DNA from: Chrysomallon squamiferum
Lineage: Eukaryota > Animalia > Mollusca
Direction: 5' to 3'
Length of the DNA stretch: 64,000 nt
NCBI GenBank assembly: GCA_012295275.1
Contig: CM022665.1
Location: forward strand, 27,590,001 to 27,654,000
In this document: positions 1 to 17,949 of the stretch, one piece after another
How the letters are laid out: every line of letters starts with the position of its first letter
Numbering within the stretch: the stretch's first letter is position 1
The notes under the pieces: generated by a model
What the model was told of the DNA's origin: nothing
The model's database searches: none
What the model saw: only the letters and a program-made list of their open reading frames with translations
Program-made: the position numbers and the translations under genes

Positions 1-24
1 TTTATTACAGTCTCTACAACGGTA

Positions 25-89
25 GCTACTACTGCTGCTGCTGCTGCTACTAACTACTACAAGTATTACCAGTGCTACTGCTGCTGCTG

Positions 90-135
<46 letters not shown>

Positions 136-150
136 CAGTGCTACTACTAG
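25..150. repeat. (CTA/CTG)n microsatellite
   Basis: Direct reading; source of the poly-Leu ORF. Confidence 0.95.
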
Positions 151-1414
151 TGCCACTAGAGTTACCAGATGTCCTGTTTTTGACCATTCTGTACTCCGTT
201 AAGCAAGACGTTAATTATCGGGCCTGCCCAAAAATATTTACACAGACTGTCTTACTGTGCGTTTTTTCTTTCTTTTCTGAATATTCATTTCTTCAAATTC
301 TTTGCATGTAATGAATGAATGAAAGCATGTAATATATACAGTTCGTTTTCAAAAATTCATTTTAGAAAAAAAAAAAAAAAAATAAAAAAAATGCCCCAAA
401 TAGCATTAACCACATTATTGTGATATTTGACAAACAAATTCGCTACGCTTTTTACATTCTTCAAGTCTTCATTAAATATGTTTGATTTAGGTTAAATCTT
501 CAGGCTCAGAACGTAAGGAATTAATTACTATAATTAGTAATGTCTGTATTTTTGGTTATTATCATCACAAAAACCCACGCCCGTACGCACGCACAACCGC
601 AAGTATATCACTACTGCTATTATTATTTCTGTCGCTGCTGCAACCAGTACAATATTATTATATAAATCATAATTCTGGGTAGACAGTTTTGTCGGGTGTT
701 GGTCGCATACCTCCCTTCGCTTTACCGAAATTATATATTTATTTTTAAATAATCTTACTAAGCGCCAGACATAAGAAACGTAAAGGCAAGATCCTTCATG
801 TACACTTCTTTCATGTTTGATCCTTACGCTGTGGTTCTATGAACAGAATGTTAAAAAAAACACTATTTCCATCAATGATTTTTATTTAGACGAAGTATAC
901 TGTACAGGAGCGAATATACTGTTAACTTTCTAATAAGTTACTTAGATTAATTCTGTAAAAAAAAAAAACACAAAATAAAATAAAATAAAATAAAATAAAA
1001 TAAAAAAAAAAAAAAAAAAAAAACAGAAAAGAAACAAACAAACAGACAAAACAAAACAAATTAAATAACAAATTTGGAAGTATATAAATTAATAAAAAGA
1101 CCCAAAGAAACATATAATAACAATAATAGTAACAGTAATGTTAGCAGCATCAACTGTAATAAAGCTTAAAACAATAGTAAAAGAAAACAAAAATAAAAAA
1201 CAAATAAATAGTAATTTAAATAAATTTTATTGTACATAAAGCAACAGTAAATAAGCCACTAAACACAGTTAATAATAATAATAATAATAATAAAATAGTA
1301 ATAGTGGTAGTAGCATAATAATAGAAGTGGTAGTAGTAGTAGAATAGTAGTAGTAGTAGTAGTAATAATAATAGCAGAGGTAGCTGCAATAATAATAGTA
1401 GTTGTAGTATTATT

Positions 1415-1449
<35 letters not shown>

Positions 1450-2016
1450 TAACTGTAATAGCGGCAGTATTAGTAATAATTTCAAGTTAAACGATACTTT
1501 GTGTGAGGGATAAATATATTATAATAAAAATTAATTATAGATAGTGACAAATGTTATTATCTCATCCGCATACGTGTCTCGTAAAATAACGTAAGTAACA
1601 TAATCAGAACGTTGTCTTGGTGATTTTTTGTAATAACGTCATTGCTGGGAAACCAAACGTTTTGTAACTGTTGATAATAGTCTTACACAAAAAAACACAG
1701 ACAGAAACGTACCTAATGTAAGTGTACTTTTATTTTGTTGTTTTGCCAATCGACGTTTTCTTTTTCTTTTTTTCTTTCTCACAATCTTTCTTCGGATTTT
1801 AATTAATGAAATTCAGGATTTTATCATGTTGTTTTTCTGTGTGTGTGTGTTTTTTTAGTATTTTTAATTAAAATATATTCGTGTGATATGTAAATGTGTA
1901 TATATATTTGTGTACAAACGTACGTATGTATGTAATGAAATTAATTATTTTATCTTACAAAGTTATGATTATTAAATTTTTTAAACTGAACAACAGCATT
2001 ACCAGCTTGAATAAAT

Positions 2017-2104
2017 AACAACAACAACAACAACAACAATAATAATAGTAATAGAAATAATAATAATAGTAATAATAATAATAATAATAGTAATAGTAAT
2101 AGTA

Positions 2105-2168
<64 letters not shown>

Positions 2169-2415
2169 AACTAAATGTAAAAGAAATTTAATTTAAAAAA
2201 GTTATTTCTCTTTTTTATAATTAAATGAACAAATGAAAGAATATAATATAATATAATATAAAATAATATAATATAATATAATATAATATAATATAATGTA
2301 ATGTAATGTAATGTAATATAATATAATATAATATAATATAATATAATATAATATAATATAATATAATGTAATGTAATATAATATAATATAATATAATGCA
2401 ATATAATATAATATA
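2017..2415. repeat. (AAC)/(AAT)n followed by an (ATAAT/GTAAT)n pentamer array at 2241-2415
   Basis: Direct reading; source of the YYIIL ORFs. Confidence 0.95.
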
Positions 2416-2656
2416 AACAAACAAAACGGCAATAAATTGACATGTGACAGCTGCAAGCTGACAATATTAACAGTAATTATTTACATACATCAAGTAGGTA
2501 CACGTAAACAGATAAGTACCTGTCGTGATGTGTTTTATAATGAAGATAACAGTTACACGTAGAAATGTTATGAATGGTAAAACATTCGCGTTACACACAT
2601 ATATATATAGTGTTTTATCACACAGGCCTTAATACAGAAATTCATTTTGTTTATGT

Positions 2657-2688
<32 letters not shown>

Positions 2689-2771
2689 ACGTATGTATGT
2701 ATGTACGTGTATGTATGTTTGTATGTATATGTTTGTACGTATGTGTGTGTATGTATGTATGCATGTATATA

Positions 2772-4971
<2,200 letters not shown>

Positions 4972-5578
4972 GATTCACATTTTAAATTCAGAAAGTGAAC
5001 TGCACTGAAACTAATTTATTTATTTATTTATTTGTTTATTTATTTATTTTAATAATAATTACGTTATTGTACGACTCACAAACTGAAGTGACTAAAACGT
5101 AACTACTGTTCTTACAATTACGTTACATTATCCACACAAAATCGGTTACTGAGTCTAACACAAAATATTTTTCAACAAAATGTAGGATTCACGAAACACA
5201 GTTATCTAAGTGGGACACAAAGATTACAGACTCTTAATTTTATTTCCAGATTAAAGTGACCCAACTAATCAGAAAACGACTATCAGTACAGGTCACTAAA
5301 TCTAAACTTCATCTACTTGAAACGCCGTAAATTTTAAATATTTCTGAACAAACGAAACTAAACTGTTCACAGATTTATCAATACGAATATTGAAATTATT
5401 TCGAAAGTGAAAAGCGGATTATGAGATATCTAGAGTTCATTGATAAAATGAATGTATATAAAAAAAAAAAAAAAAAAATTCAAGACAAAATGAATTACTT
5501 GTCGACGTTATTTATTTATAGCATTATGATTATACATGAAATGAAGCAGTAGAATAATTTTTATATAAATTGAGATTG

Positions 5579-5616
<38 letters not shown>

Positions 5617-5979
5617 AGTTTTAAAGTATTCTGATTTATAGAAATTTATTAACAGGATTATTTGTTATTGATACTGTTATACAATCGACATATTTCTTCT
5701 AAATAAATAATAGAAATCAAACATAGATTATCCAGCGAGTTACATTTCAGATTTCTTTTTAACAGACCTTTCAGGTGTCTAATCATTATTTATTTATTTA
5801 TTTATTATTATTGTTATTATTGTTGTTGTTGTTGTTCTTCTTCTTGTTATTATAATTATTAATCGAGGGGAGTGACTTAAATACTATTATTTATTTTATT
5901 GTTGTTGATATTATTAGTAGTGTTACTGTTTTTGTCACGCATCAACAATGAATGAATTAATTAAATAATAATAGTAATA

Positions 5980-6014
<35 letters not shown>

Positions 6015-7730
6015 AATAATAATAATAATGATGATGTTATAATCAATTTAGGAACCATTTGTATTATTACTATTATTATTATTATTATTATTATTTAAAT
6101 ATTTGATTTTCTACAGTGGTTTAGCTAAAACCTTTTTGTGTGTTAAAGATGGCTTCTAAAATTAAATTTCAGTGGGGAAGTGTAAAGTTGTGTTTGAATT
6201 ACTTGAAATACTAACAGAAACTTCCTCACTGAACAGAGTTAACGGGAGAAGGCTGGATGCATACATAACAATTACAATTCACTCAAAACAAATATTCATT
6301 AATTTACTTCTGTTATTTGTCATTGGTTTATCTACCCATTCATTCATCCAGTCACGCTTTCGTTCGTTTATTCATTCTTCCATCCATCCCTCCACCATTA
6401 TTTCTCCATTCATTCATTCATTCATTCCTGCTTATTTTTATAATAACATTATTATTATTATTATTATTATTAAAATTGATTTTATTTTCGAAAAACACAG
6501 ACATACATACATTCATACATATATACACACACACACACACAAATGCACACTAGGTAGAAATGACACACACACATACACACACACACGCAAACTAAAACAA
6601 CAGTCTGAAAAAGAAGCGAGTAAAAATGTTCACATGTCGCTTCTCCAGACACGTACGCAGAGAAGAGATAAAACTTGTTCACTGCTTTGTCAGTCACTCG
6701 CCGCCTTGTTACTGTCTTAGTGCTCTGACCGTTCATAAGATGACACATTTGCAATATAAAACCCGTAGATTACCATAAACAGAGTATAAAGCTGGTCGTT
6801 TTGGGTTCCTTCCTGTCCTTTTATGTATCTTCCTGTTTCCGCTTACAGTATTTTTTTTTTTTTTTTTTTTTTTACTATCGTGTATCTTGAAAATGTTGTT
6901 TTGGCTTTAATTGTTATATCCTTTGTTTATGAGATAAGATATACCGAGGATGTATAATAAATCATATGCACGAAGGCCTCACAGTTAAAATTAAACCATT
7001 AAAAAAATGTGAGGGTTTATTTTCTTATTGTAATACAGCACAAGACGGATTGCTCCATTTTGTTAGATATTAAGTATCGTTTACAAAAGAATGTTGGTCC
7101 AAAGTAGGCATAATCTCTATATTTTCCATATTATGTAAAATTATGATCGAAAAAAAGAAGAGATAAAAAGAGAGAGAGAGAAAAAAGTAAAATTTTATTT
7201 TCAATATGATATGGGTATGCAATGTAAACTGAAATTAGAATTTTAAATGAAACTGAAAGGAAGAAGAACAATAAAGTCAACAACACAATTTTAGTAGGGC
7301 ATTTTTGAATTATTTGCGATTGGAACATTTCAAAAGGGAAGATACCTGTTGATTTCGCAGGCTATTTCAGGATTGTTTGGAATTTTGAAAACAAGTGAAC
7401 ATCAAAATGCGGATAACAAAATATAGCGAAGAGTTAATACTGTCAGCTATTATGGTTTTGAATATGATTCCCTGACATTTGCAGTCACTGGAAACCCTCA
7501 TCGCCAACCTTCAAAAATAAGAAAACCAGCTTTGTGCAAAATGTATTTAAAAAAAAAATACTTAAAATAAAATAAAAAGACATCTTATCGATGTAAATTA
7601 ATGGATGAATGAATGAATGAATGAATGAATGAATGAATAAGTAAATATATATTTTTCTATATTTACATAAACAGTTACTACATTAATAAGCTAAATCTTT
7701 TTTCTTCCACTCGCTCTCGCTGTCTTTCTG

Positions 7731-7786
<56 letters not shown>

Positions 7787-7836
7787 GCTAATTAGGACTT
7801 TGTTTTATACGTTGTATTATTAGTTGTCTCTGTTTC

Positions 7837-7875
<39 letters not shown>

Positions 7876-10800
7876 ATACAAAAAAATTTGAAGTCTTAAA
7901 GTGACGAAGAAAAAAACAGAAACATCCAATTAGTTTTCCTTCCAGTTGTTTGATGGTGGTTTATGCCGGTATATAACGAGTCCTCCTCTTATGTACAGAC
8001 ATCTTTGACAAGTGTTTGAGGTGCACACATTTGTCAATATGGTAAAAGCATTTGCCTTTTACCTGAACTGTCGGTTTTTTTTGTGTGTTTTTTCTCCGGC
8101 ATTTTTGTTTTTTTTGAATTTTATTTTTTTATTATTGCTATCATTTTATTACCAGACTTGGTGTTTTGTGTGTAATTACGTGTAGCCCATTATTGTATTA
8201 TTCGGCAATGAAAGGTATTGCATTTCACTTATACTTGTGATAGCAGAGACAACAACAAGTAATAATGATTTTATTTTCGTGAACGTGTGTAATTACAATT
8301 TGAAGACATTACAATATATATATATATATATATATATAAAATAACAAATAAATAAGAATTGCATAAAAAGTATATGCGATGTTATTAAACACATGGACAT
8401 ACATACAACCTTATTATGATTTTAGTATATACATATTTATAAAAAATTCTGTGTATAATTATTTAATTTTTCTTCAAGAATAATGCTTGCAGTTGTTGAA
8501 AAAAAAGGAATTAGCGGATCCCTATTTCTTGAATGGTCTCTGACTTGCGCTAAGGGACAAAATATACAACATTTTTATGTAAAAGAAAATAATTAATTAC
8601 TTTATATTCATGTTAGTTTTACTGATAATGTAAATTTGCATATTAGCCGTTACAGTCACTGTTGGTTCGTGTCGTTTGCTGCAAAGAACGCTTTGTTTGA
8701 AAACGAATTAGTTTGATAAATTAATGAGAAACCTCTTGGTCTGATGGCGTAATTTCACTTTCCGATGTTTTATTTATTTATTTATTTTTGTTTTCTTTGA
8801 GGGATATTTTCAAAACATTATATAACGAAAGTAATTTTCTCTTACAAGTTATATATCAGTCACCCTTCAGTCTTTTTTTTTTTTCTCTCTGAAATCCTGG
8901 TTCCGCTGTTTGATGAGATCGGTGCTCTGGCTAATTCTGTTTTATTCTATTAATATCACTGTGTGGGATGGGAGAGAGATAAAATAAATAATAATTTTTA
9001 AATATTCTGTCGAGATGTTTGTACATAATACTTATATATTGCCTTAACGTTATCGTGGACAAATAATGTTTTCGCATTATTATCATATACAGTGGGGTGT
9101 TGTTATGGGTTTTTTTTTTTTTTGGGGGGATGTTATTGCATAATAATACAGCAATTACTATTTATGCATTGACCTAACTTCCATCTCTGTCTCCAGACTG
9201 TGTGTGTATTCATTATTTTTATCAATATTTTTGAAGTATGTACAAGTGACAGGTCTGCAGTGTCGTAATAACTGCGAGGTAGATAGGATTACTGGCACAT
9301 ACTGGTGAACGTACGTAAACACGGGTAAGATAATAATTATATGTTGTTAACTGCGTCCACACAGTCTCCGACGTCCTTGTTGACTCAGGTGACGAATCAC
9401 GCGCCGATCCTTGTTAGAAATTCAAATTAGAGCGATTTTACACAGCAGCAAAGCCTTTTTGCTTTCACAGTTAAGAAAATTTCGCGGCATGTTGGTAAGA
9501 CTTTTCCGAAATATACCGTATATGTGCGAGGACACAGTCGTTTGATTCCGCACGAACAACAACCGAATATCTGTAGGACAGCCCCTTTGTTTTCGATTCC
9601 ATTTCTCTGTTAAGCGGCATGTTTTTAATTTAGCTTACAAATGTAAATCCATTCACTTGTTTTTTTTTTTTTTAGTTTTTTTTACATGCTTGCCATTCCT
9701 TTCCAAAACAATCTTGTAAAAAAAAAAAAAAAAAAAAAAAATTCCGTTTATCTTCTTTCTTTTTTTTCTCCAGCTTTTTATTTATTTATTGGTTTATTTA
9801 TTTATATATTAATTTTTTATGATTTGCTTTTGTTTTTAAAAACGCTGTTAGAATTTCTGAGAACTTTAATTTATCTAGGGCATCTAATATTCTGAAGCAA
9901 TATTTAAATCGTAGGTCTCAAACTCCCCCCACCAAATATATATATTTTTTCATTTATTTTCTTTTATCTTTCGTCTTTTTTTAAATTAGAAGTTTTAAAA
10001 ACTTTCTATTAAATATCTTTGGTATATCTAGATATATAATGATTTGAAGCAATATATAAATAACAGGTTAAGAAAATTTTCTCCGTTATCTCTTCCAATT
10101 TTTTTTTTTTTCTTTTCTTCTTCTTTCATGAGAAGCGTTGAAAACTCTTTGATGAACATGTTTAAGATATTTATCCAGATCATTATAAAGATATATTCAA
10201 ATAATATAATATTTATTTTTAATTATCTCTATAACAATTATCTTTATTGTATTGGTCCTCGGTGGTTCGAATGAACCGTTATTATATAAAGTAAATGTAA
10301 CCTGTTTTAATAAACAATTTCTATACACATATCTGATAAAAACAGGTCCGAAAATTAAGATATGACCATAAAAACAAAAACCTATTTTCAGCCGTTTAAA
10401 TATTTCACAGTATAAAATATTATTACATCGCAAGCACTCCGTGAAAAATATAATTTCGTTTTCATTTACACAAATTAACTGTCTTATTCGAATAAGGTAT
10501 TTTCATGCGTATGTATATCAAAGAATAAATAAATGAATAAATAAATACAATACAACATACACACTGTTTTTTAATTAAATTTTGAACAGTCTCGAATAAG
10601 AATATCTGATTAATATTAACAACGACAACAAAAAAAACAAAAAAAAAAAAAAAGAAAGAAAAGAAAACCCGAACATTCAGACATAATAACCAAAAAACAA
10701 GCTATAATAGAGTAACAGAGTAAAACGAGAATATAAATATATATATATATATATATTATTTTTTCTTACTATTAAATATTATTTGTTTTGTTTTTAAGGT

Positions 10801-11981
10801 TTTTGTCTTTATATTAATCAGTATTTTTAAATATTCTGCGTTACATAATTCATTACGAAAGATAGATATAAAAATGTAATTTTGTTTTGTTGCAGCGTCT
10901 TGGTTACATTTTTTCTCTATGATTTTAAAGAATATTTTTATCTTCGCAAAATTCGGAACGCATTTGCTCTCAGTTATCCCCTTTCTTTTTCTAACCTAAA
11001 ATTTAAATAATATCAAAACTCAAAACACATTTCTCCTGTATATATCTTCTTTCTTGTTTTTATATATTTTATTAAATTGGCATAAAAATTCATTTATTTA
11101 TAATAACCAAAAATTACCTGACCTAAAAAAATAAAGTTAATTCAAAAATTCAATTTTTTTAAAAAAATTTAAAAATTAGAAGAAAAAGAAACAGAAATGA
11201 TACATGTATTGATAAAACTTTTCAATAATAACGTAAGATTCTTAGTTCTTACATTTTATTTATCTTTTAGTAATATATATACGAAAACTATCAACCATTA
11301 ATTTAAATTAAATTCAATACCTTTTTTTAATTAAAAAAAAAAAAAAAAAAAAACAACCAAAAAAACATTTAACAGAAAAGTGAGAAGAAAATTCTACAAC
11401 AAACAAGGAAGCAATTTAACATAAATATCACAAGTTGTTCCTTAAAAAAAAAAAAAAAAAAAAAAAAAATAGTGACCAAAATTTACTTTCGGATTTTGTT
11501 TGTAAGCTATACAAGTTTTGCATTATTTTAAATGCAGATTCGTGGATTTGAGGGTCTGATTAAAAAGACAAGCTAAGAATGCAGAGACATTCGGCAGCAA
11601 ATTGCCGAGCTTATAACGGTACTTTGTTCATGTGTGTTAAACAGTTCAAGTCAACACTCGCAGCGCGCCTCTTCCAATCCCCGCAGAAACTTCAAAGTAG
11701 ACAGAAAATACGGACACACAGACTGGTTTACATGTCGAAATCCAGGTCGCCTTCTCATTAAAATTACCGCGACAAAACTCCTCAAATATAAATAAGTGGT
11801 CATTCCCGTAATACTTTGTAATTAATTTTAAACTCACAAATTTAAATAATTTATAAAGGGGAAAAGAATCTTAGGATCTATCTATATATATATAGCGTCA
11901 GAATATGCATGGACTGTGTCCATTAAAGATTTCTAAAGAAAGATATGTATAAGAAAATGGAAATGAAAATAAATAAATAAA

Positions 11982-12034
<53 letters not shown>

Positions 12035-12624
12035 ATAATAATAAAATTTAAATTGAAAAACAGTTACTAATATTAAACAGCATAATTATCGTATCTTTCA
12101 AAAAAAAAAAAAAAAATATAGTATTAAATAGTTCAGCTATGTTATATGCGAATTCCTAAATATTCATATTTCAAAACGGAATCACAAGCTAAATCGGGAC
12201 CACACCAGTTCCCGCGGTTTTATTATAATCGTAAAGTAAAACGGTGATAACATTATTTTAGTTATCACTGAACATCGGTCAATAAAGTGTCGCCTGACGC
12301 ATGCACAGTCTCTTCCATGCTCGTATCAGACTTTCTAGAAGCGAGACGTCTGCTGTTACACACTTTTATAAAGTTAACTTCGCGCTTTTTGCAGCTCTAC
12401 GTGGGTGGCTAATGCTGTAGGTGTTACCGGGATAAAAATGTTTACAGGAATTATTACATGAAAAGTGAATTATCAAAAAATCCAGGAAAAAGGAATCTGG
12501 GATCAGTGGTTAATAAAAACAGTTTTTAAAATCTATATATATTTGTATATCAGATGCAGAGACAAAGGAAATAAAAATAAAATAAAAATAAAAAGGAAAC
12601 GTCTGACAAAAATAAAAAAAAATA

Positions 12625-12633
12625 ATAATAATA

Positions 12634-12682
<49 letters not shown>

Positions 12683-12756
12683 TAAAAAATATAATAAAAT
12701 TAAACTTTAGCAATATAACAATTTGCAACACCATCATAATAAAAATAAATAAATAA

Positions 12757-12802
<46 letters not shown>

Positions 12803-12812
12803 TGATGATGAA

Positions 12813-12861
<49 letters not shown>

Positions 12862-12913
12862 TAATGATGATGGTAATAGTAATAATAATAGTAATAATAA
12901 TAATAATAATAAT
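12625..12913. repeat. (AAT)n microsatellite cluster
   Basis: Direct reading. Confidence 0.95.
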
Positions 12914-13260
12914 GAACAACCATTAAGAATTAGCGTTTTTCGCGGATCTAGGGATGGAAACTCAACGTTTTTCTCTGTCGGCTCTGAGTCTGTATAATTA
13001 ATTTCATTTCATCTTAAAATATTCATGGTAATATTAGCACATAAACTCTACTGAATGCCCCGATCAGACCTTGCTGCCCCTACTAAAATATGCATAAAGA
13101 AAAAGTAAAAAGATTAAAAATAAAAATATATTAAAAATAATAATAAAAAAATTTAAACATTAAAAAGAAAAAGAAAGAAAGATAGAAAGAAAGAAGAAAA
13201 CAAAATAAATAAATATAAACGAGGAAATATAAGAAAAAAGAAAAGAAAAGAAAAGAAGAC

Positions 13261-13552
13261 AAATATAAACAAAGACATCTTGAGTATTTTTATTTAAGTA
13301 TGTTTTTATGCATGATTATGCAAATACGTACATAATTTTATAAGGTCGTTAATGACAGATAATCATTTGTTTTACAGATCAAATTTTATGAACTGAACAC
13401 GGCGTTTCAGTTAAATAAATTATTCGCTTTTTTAAATAGACCTACCATTTCTCACTTTCCTGAATTTATGCGTATTTTAATAAACTCTGCTGGAAAAAAA
13501 GCGTTTGTTGAAATCACGACTAAAGAAATTAAAAAAGTTGTTTTAAATAAAC

Positions 13553-13587
<35 letters not shown>
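13261..13587 (+). mobile_element. Dispersed ~300-bp element, copy 1, ending AATAAACAGTT + (AAT)n
   Basis: Near-identical to 60613-60911 (offset 47352). I count 3 substitutions in the first ~264 nt. Confidence 0.8.
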
Positions 13588-14933
13588 TATATGTATATAT
13601 ATATGTATGTATGTATCTGTAATGACTGTTATTTAAATTTACTGGTTATTCAGGACATTCATATCGTACGTGAGAGAATGGCATGTGCCTATAATGACTG
13701 TGTGTTTGTGTTTATGTGTGTGTGTGTGTGTGTGTGTGTTGTGTGTGTCCTGTTGTTATTATCGTTTCTAAAATACAACTCACCTCATCTTAAACATTTT
13801 AATCACTTTAATCAAACTGTTCATCCTTTTTATGAAATGCTGGACCCGCCCCAAGCACATTAAACATCCTTACATCCAATCAGACATTATTCCCGTTTTG
13901 TTTCAAATGGATATTACCTTACAACTAGTGTGGAATACGAACACATTAAACTGTATTTAAATAAAAATATCTGTTGTCGCTGTGAACTGAAATGAACTTT
14001 ATTTTCACTAAGGCCCCAGTGTCAGATGACAAACGAGAACAACAAAACATTTATTATGATTTTTACAAGATGATTGCTGTGTCCTAAACCCGCAATAAAC
14101 TTTTAATTTTTTTATTATTATTATTATTATTTTAACGTTTGTTGCATAGGTGTTTAAATATGAAAGTTCATTTTGCCATGTCTGGTGCAGTCTTTAAAGA
14201 AGACAGACAGACACAATATATTAAAATCTTATCACAAAAATATACATATACCTATAGTGTACAAAATACATACAAATACACAGTTCTGTTCATTAGGGTA
14301 ACAGTAACTTTAAAATATAAAATCATGAACAGTTAATTCTGATACAGCTACTACTACTACTGTTAGTACTAATATAATAAACGTACGTGCGTAGATATAT
14401 ATAAATATATATAAATATATATACAAACATATAGATAAATAAATATATACACATATACACATACACACACACATACACACACACACACACATGCATACAG
14501 ACACAAGCACACAGACACACAAAATCACACATAATAAACCTAATAAGAACGTCAAGTCATTGCTTAGGGAAATATGAGATAAAGAAGGATACAGTTGAAC
14601 TAAATAATACTGGGTAATAAAAATAACAACGGTCACGTATACAAAACGTCTTTACCAGACAGAAAAATCAAAAGGAAAAAAAATAAAAAATAAAAAATAA
14701 AAATAAATATAAAAATAAAACATTTTAAGGATTTCCACTGACAATTTTATTTAGAAGGATGGACGTAAGGACGAACTGCTTTACTGTATGTAACAGCGCA
14801 CTCTGTATTTTTGTATTCAATGAATGTTATTCAGAACTAAGCAAGTAATGAAAGAAAGAAAGAAACAAACAAAGAACAAAAATCCTCTACCGCCATGCAG
14901 TTTGCATCTCTTTTTTTTTTTAATGCTAGTAGT

Positions 14934-14936
<3 letters not shown>

Positions 14937-15017
<81 letters not shown>

Positions 15018-15023
15018 TATATA
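14937..15023. repeat. (AT)n microsatellite
   Basis: Direct reading. Confidence 0.97.
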
Positions 15024-15265
15024 TGTTTTATTTCTTTTTTATATGCTCATACAAGACAAGACAAGTCATAGCGTGGCATTTGATTCATACGGTGCACTTT
15101 CTGAAGTCAGAATAGTGCAATAAAACACCCAGAAGCATTGATCCTGTTATCTACCACGCCAAAAGCTAGTATTTGCCACTTAACCTAAGTTTGCTCTACT
15201 CTCGAACAAAGTCACGTTTTCGCATATCAAGGGTTCCCGCTTTTATTTCTAGAAAGAAAAGAAAA

Positions 15266-15308
<43 letters not shown>

Positions 15309-16044
15309 ACACACAAAAAAAACACAACCTGTACCAGTCATTAGTTTAGTCGTCTTCACCTTCTTCTAACAGCTGAGTGCATGCGACACAAGACTCATAT
15401 TTCAGCTATTTATAGTCCAATTCATGTCAAAGTAGGCGGTGAACATTTTATCACTGAACCCACATTATACACAAGTTCAGCTCTCCTCGTTTGTGTACAG
15501 TTAAACCTCCGTGTAACAGTCAACAAGACGTTATAACAATGCTTCTCGTGGCACTCCAGAAATTCAGTAAGTGAGATGTTTTAAATCGGGTGGTTGACAA
15601 TATTTCCCCTCTCCCCGTTCATTTCTGGTTGGCGAAATAGTGAAAATTCTTTGTATACACTTGACCACAAGGGAATTTATTTGCAAATTCTCCCCCTCCC
15701 CTCCCATCTATTTTTGACAGTTTAAAAAAAAGAAAAGAAAAAAGAATGCAATTATTCGTTACTTTTACAATGAAATTCAAATTATGATCTTAATAGAGCA
15801 CCTCTTTTTGATATATATCTGCTGAATCGATATTAAATTTAAAACATTTTTCTCTCGTTTCTTTTTACTTATAATTTTTAAAACTGCTATTAAAACAACA
15901 CGACGACAATTATTTCTGCTGTTTACCTGGGTGTCAAATGGATGCAAAGGATGCAGAATTTGTTAAAAGACCCTAGCTGTTATAATGCACCAACTGTTAC
16001 ACTGCTAAATATGCTAATGCTACTGCCAGCTATGTTCAAAAGGA

Positions 16045-16205
16045 ACTAACGAAACCTCAAACCATTTTAATACTAACGGCTATTAGTAATCAGGCATACA
16101 TATTGTATATGACAGAAAGAAATTCAAAGGTCTCTCTTTTCGATTAGCAGCAATAAACCTTTTATATGCACCTTCTCATAAACAGGAAAGAACATAACAC
16201 GAACT
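16045..16205 (-). mobile_element. Degenerate SINE-like fragment
   Basis: ctcttttcgattagcagcaa...ttttatatgcacc...acagga..g.acata.cacg resembles, from memory and unverified, the antisense of an abundant gastropod SINE core. It is also similar to 22468-22670 in this window. Confidence 0.45.
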
Positions 16206-16486
16206 ATCTAGTTTATTTTGTAGTGTTTTGAAGCAGACGCCAAAGAAGCGTATCCAGTATTAATCAAAGGTGGGGTACCATTTGCCATCATCATCGGATG
16301 AAATGAGTTTCGTGTTTACAAATATTTTACGAACGCAACAATCATCGACAGTAACAAAAATCAAAAATAAATTTTCAGGTGACATATTACATAAAATAAA
16401 ATAAAATAAATAGAAAATAAATAAATAAATAAAATCTATTATTATTAAAATAAATGAACAAATAAATAAATACATAATAATAAATG

Positions 16487-16523
<37 letters not shown>

Positions 16524-17949
16524 ACTTGTTATTACCGGTACTATTAACGATGATGATGACATTCTTTGTAGTAATATAATTTTTACGATGATAATATAAC
16601 GCAGCATCAGCAACACAACGATAATAATAATTCACAAACCACAACAATAACGACAACTGACAAACACCACGAACACCACCAACACCAATAATAATAAACA
16701 TATGAACAACAGTAATACCCGTACATTATACAGGAAACCGTTAACTGCAGGACTGCCTGTACGACACGGGGTTAATTTCAGAAGGTGTGCATTGCCACCT
16801 AACATGTGAATGGGGACAGCACGCAGTCACATAATGACAGTATGATACGAGCGCGGGTCAACCTTGTATTGCGTCTTGTTACTAGTAACCGATATTGGCT
16901 CACATGCTTGGCCTAGTTTCCAACAAGACACGAACACGGTTACACAAAGCGCGCGAACACAATAAACTCTTTCTGGACGAATGGTTACGTAACACGTTGC
17001 CTTGGGATGTCGTGACCTAAGATAAACCTGGGATGCCAGACCCCATTAAAGACAAGAAGATAACAAAAAAAAAACCCCCAAATCTGACCCAGTGCGAACT
17101 CCCAATTTATGGCACCGTGTTCCAAGATATAAATAACTTGGACAAATTAACTGGTAATATGCCAGTTGGGAAGACGTCTTCTTTAACCGGTCATAGACAG
17201 TCCACATGGGACATGTAAAAAAAAGTCAGGGGCGGCTCCACGACTTCTGAAAGAGACGGGGACGTCATTCAGTTTTATCTTGGGGTATATTACTTTTAAG
17301 GTTGAAATATATTTCATTACAGTATATATAAATGAAAACAGACTGTAAAACAATAACAACAGATCAGCATAAAATGCTATAGACTGGAATGGAAGTCTGT
17401 AACGCCTTTTGTGGGAGAATGGTACTAAAATAATTTAATATGGTTTGTAGACTGAAATCACTTTTTATGATTATTAATGCTGCAGGTTTACGATAATGAT
17501 TTTTTTTTTTTTTTTTTTTTTATTTTTTTAAATATATATATGTGTACGCACACTCACACACACAAATATACATATAGTACTATCTACTACTACAACTTAA
17601 TAAACTAAGATGAATTGAAACATAAAAATCGATATATGTATATATATATATATATAAAGTGCGGTTACATTTTATATATTCAATTATTTTGCCTGTAGAT
17701 AACATTAAACGTTAATTAAGATGTTTATGTTCATTTTGGCGGTTTCTTATGTTACAAAATTGAATAACGTTGTGAAGACAGTTATCAATGTAACAATGCA
17801 GGTGCTCACATGAATACAAATTTAATTTTTTTTTTTTTTTTTTTTTTCAGTCTGTCACCCAATACCCGATGCATTTGTACTGATGTGTTGTTTAACATCC
17901 TATCCGTGCGAAATTATTCATGAAAGTGATTAACTAGCGATATACAAAA

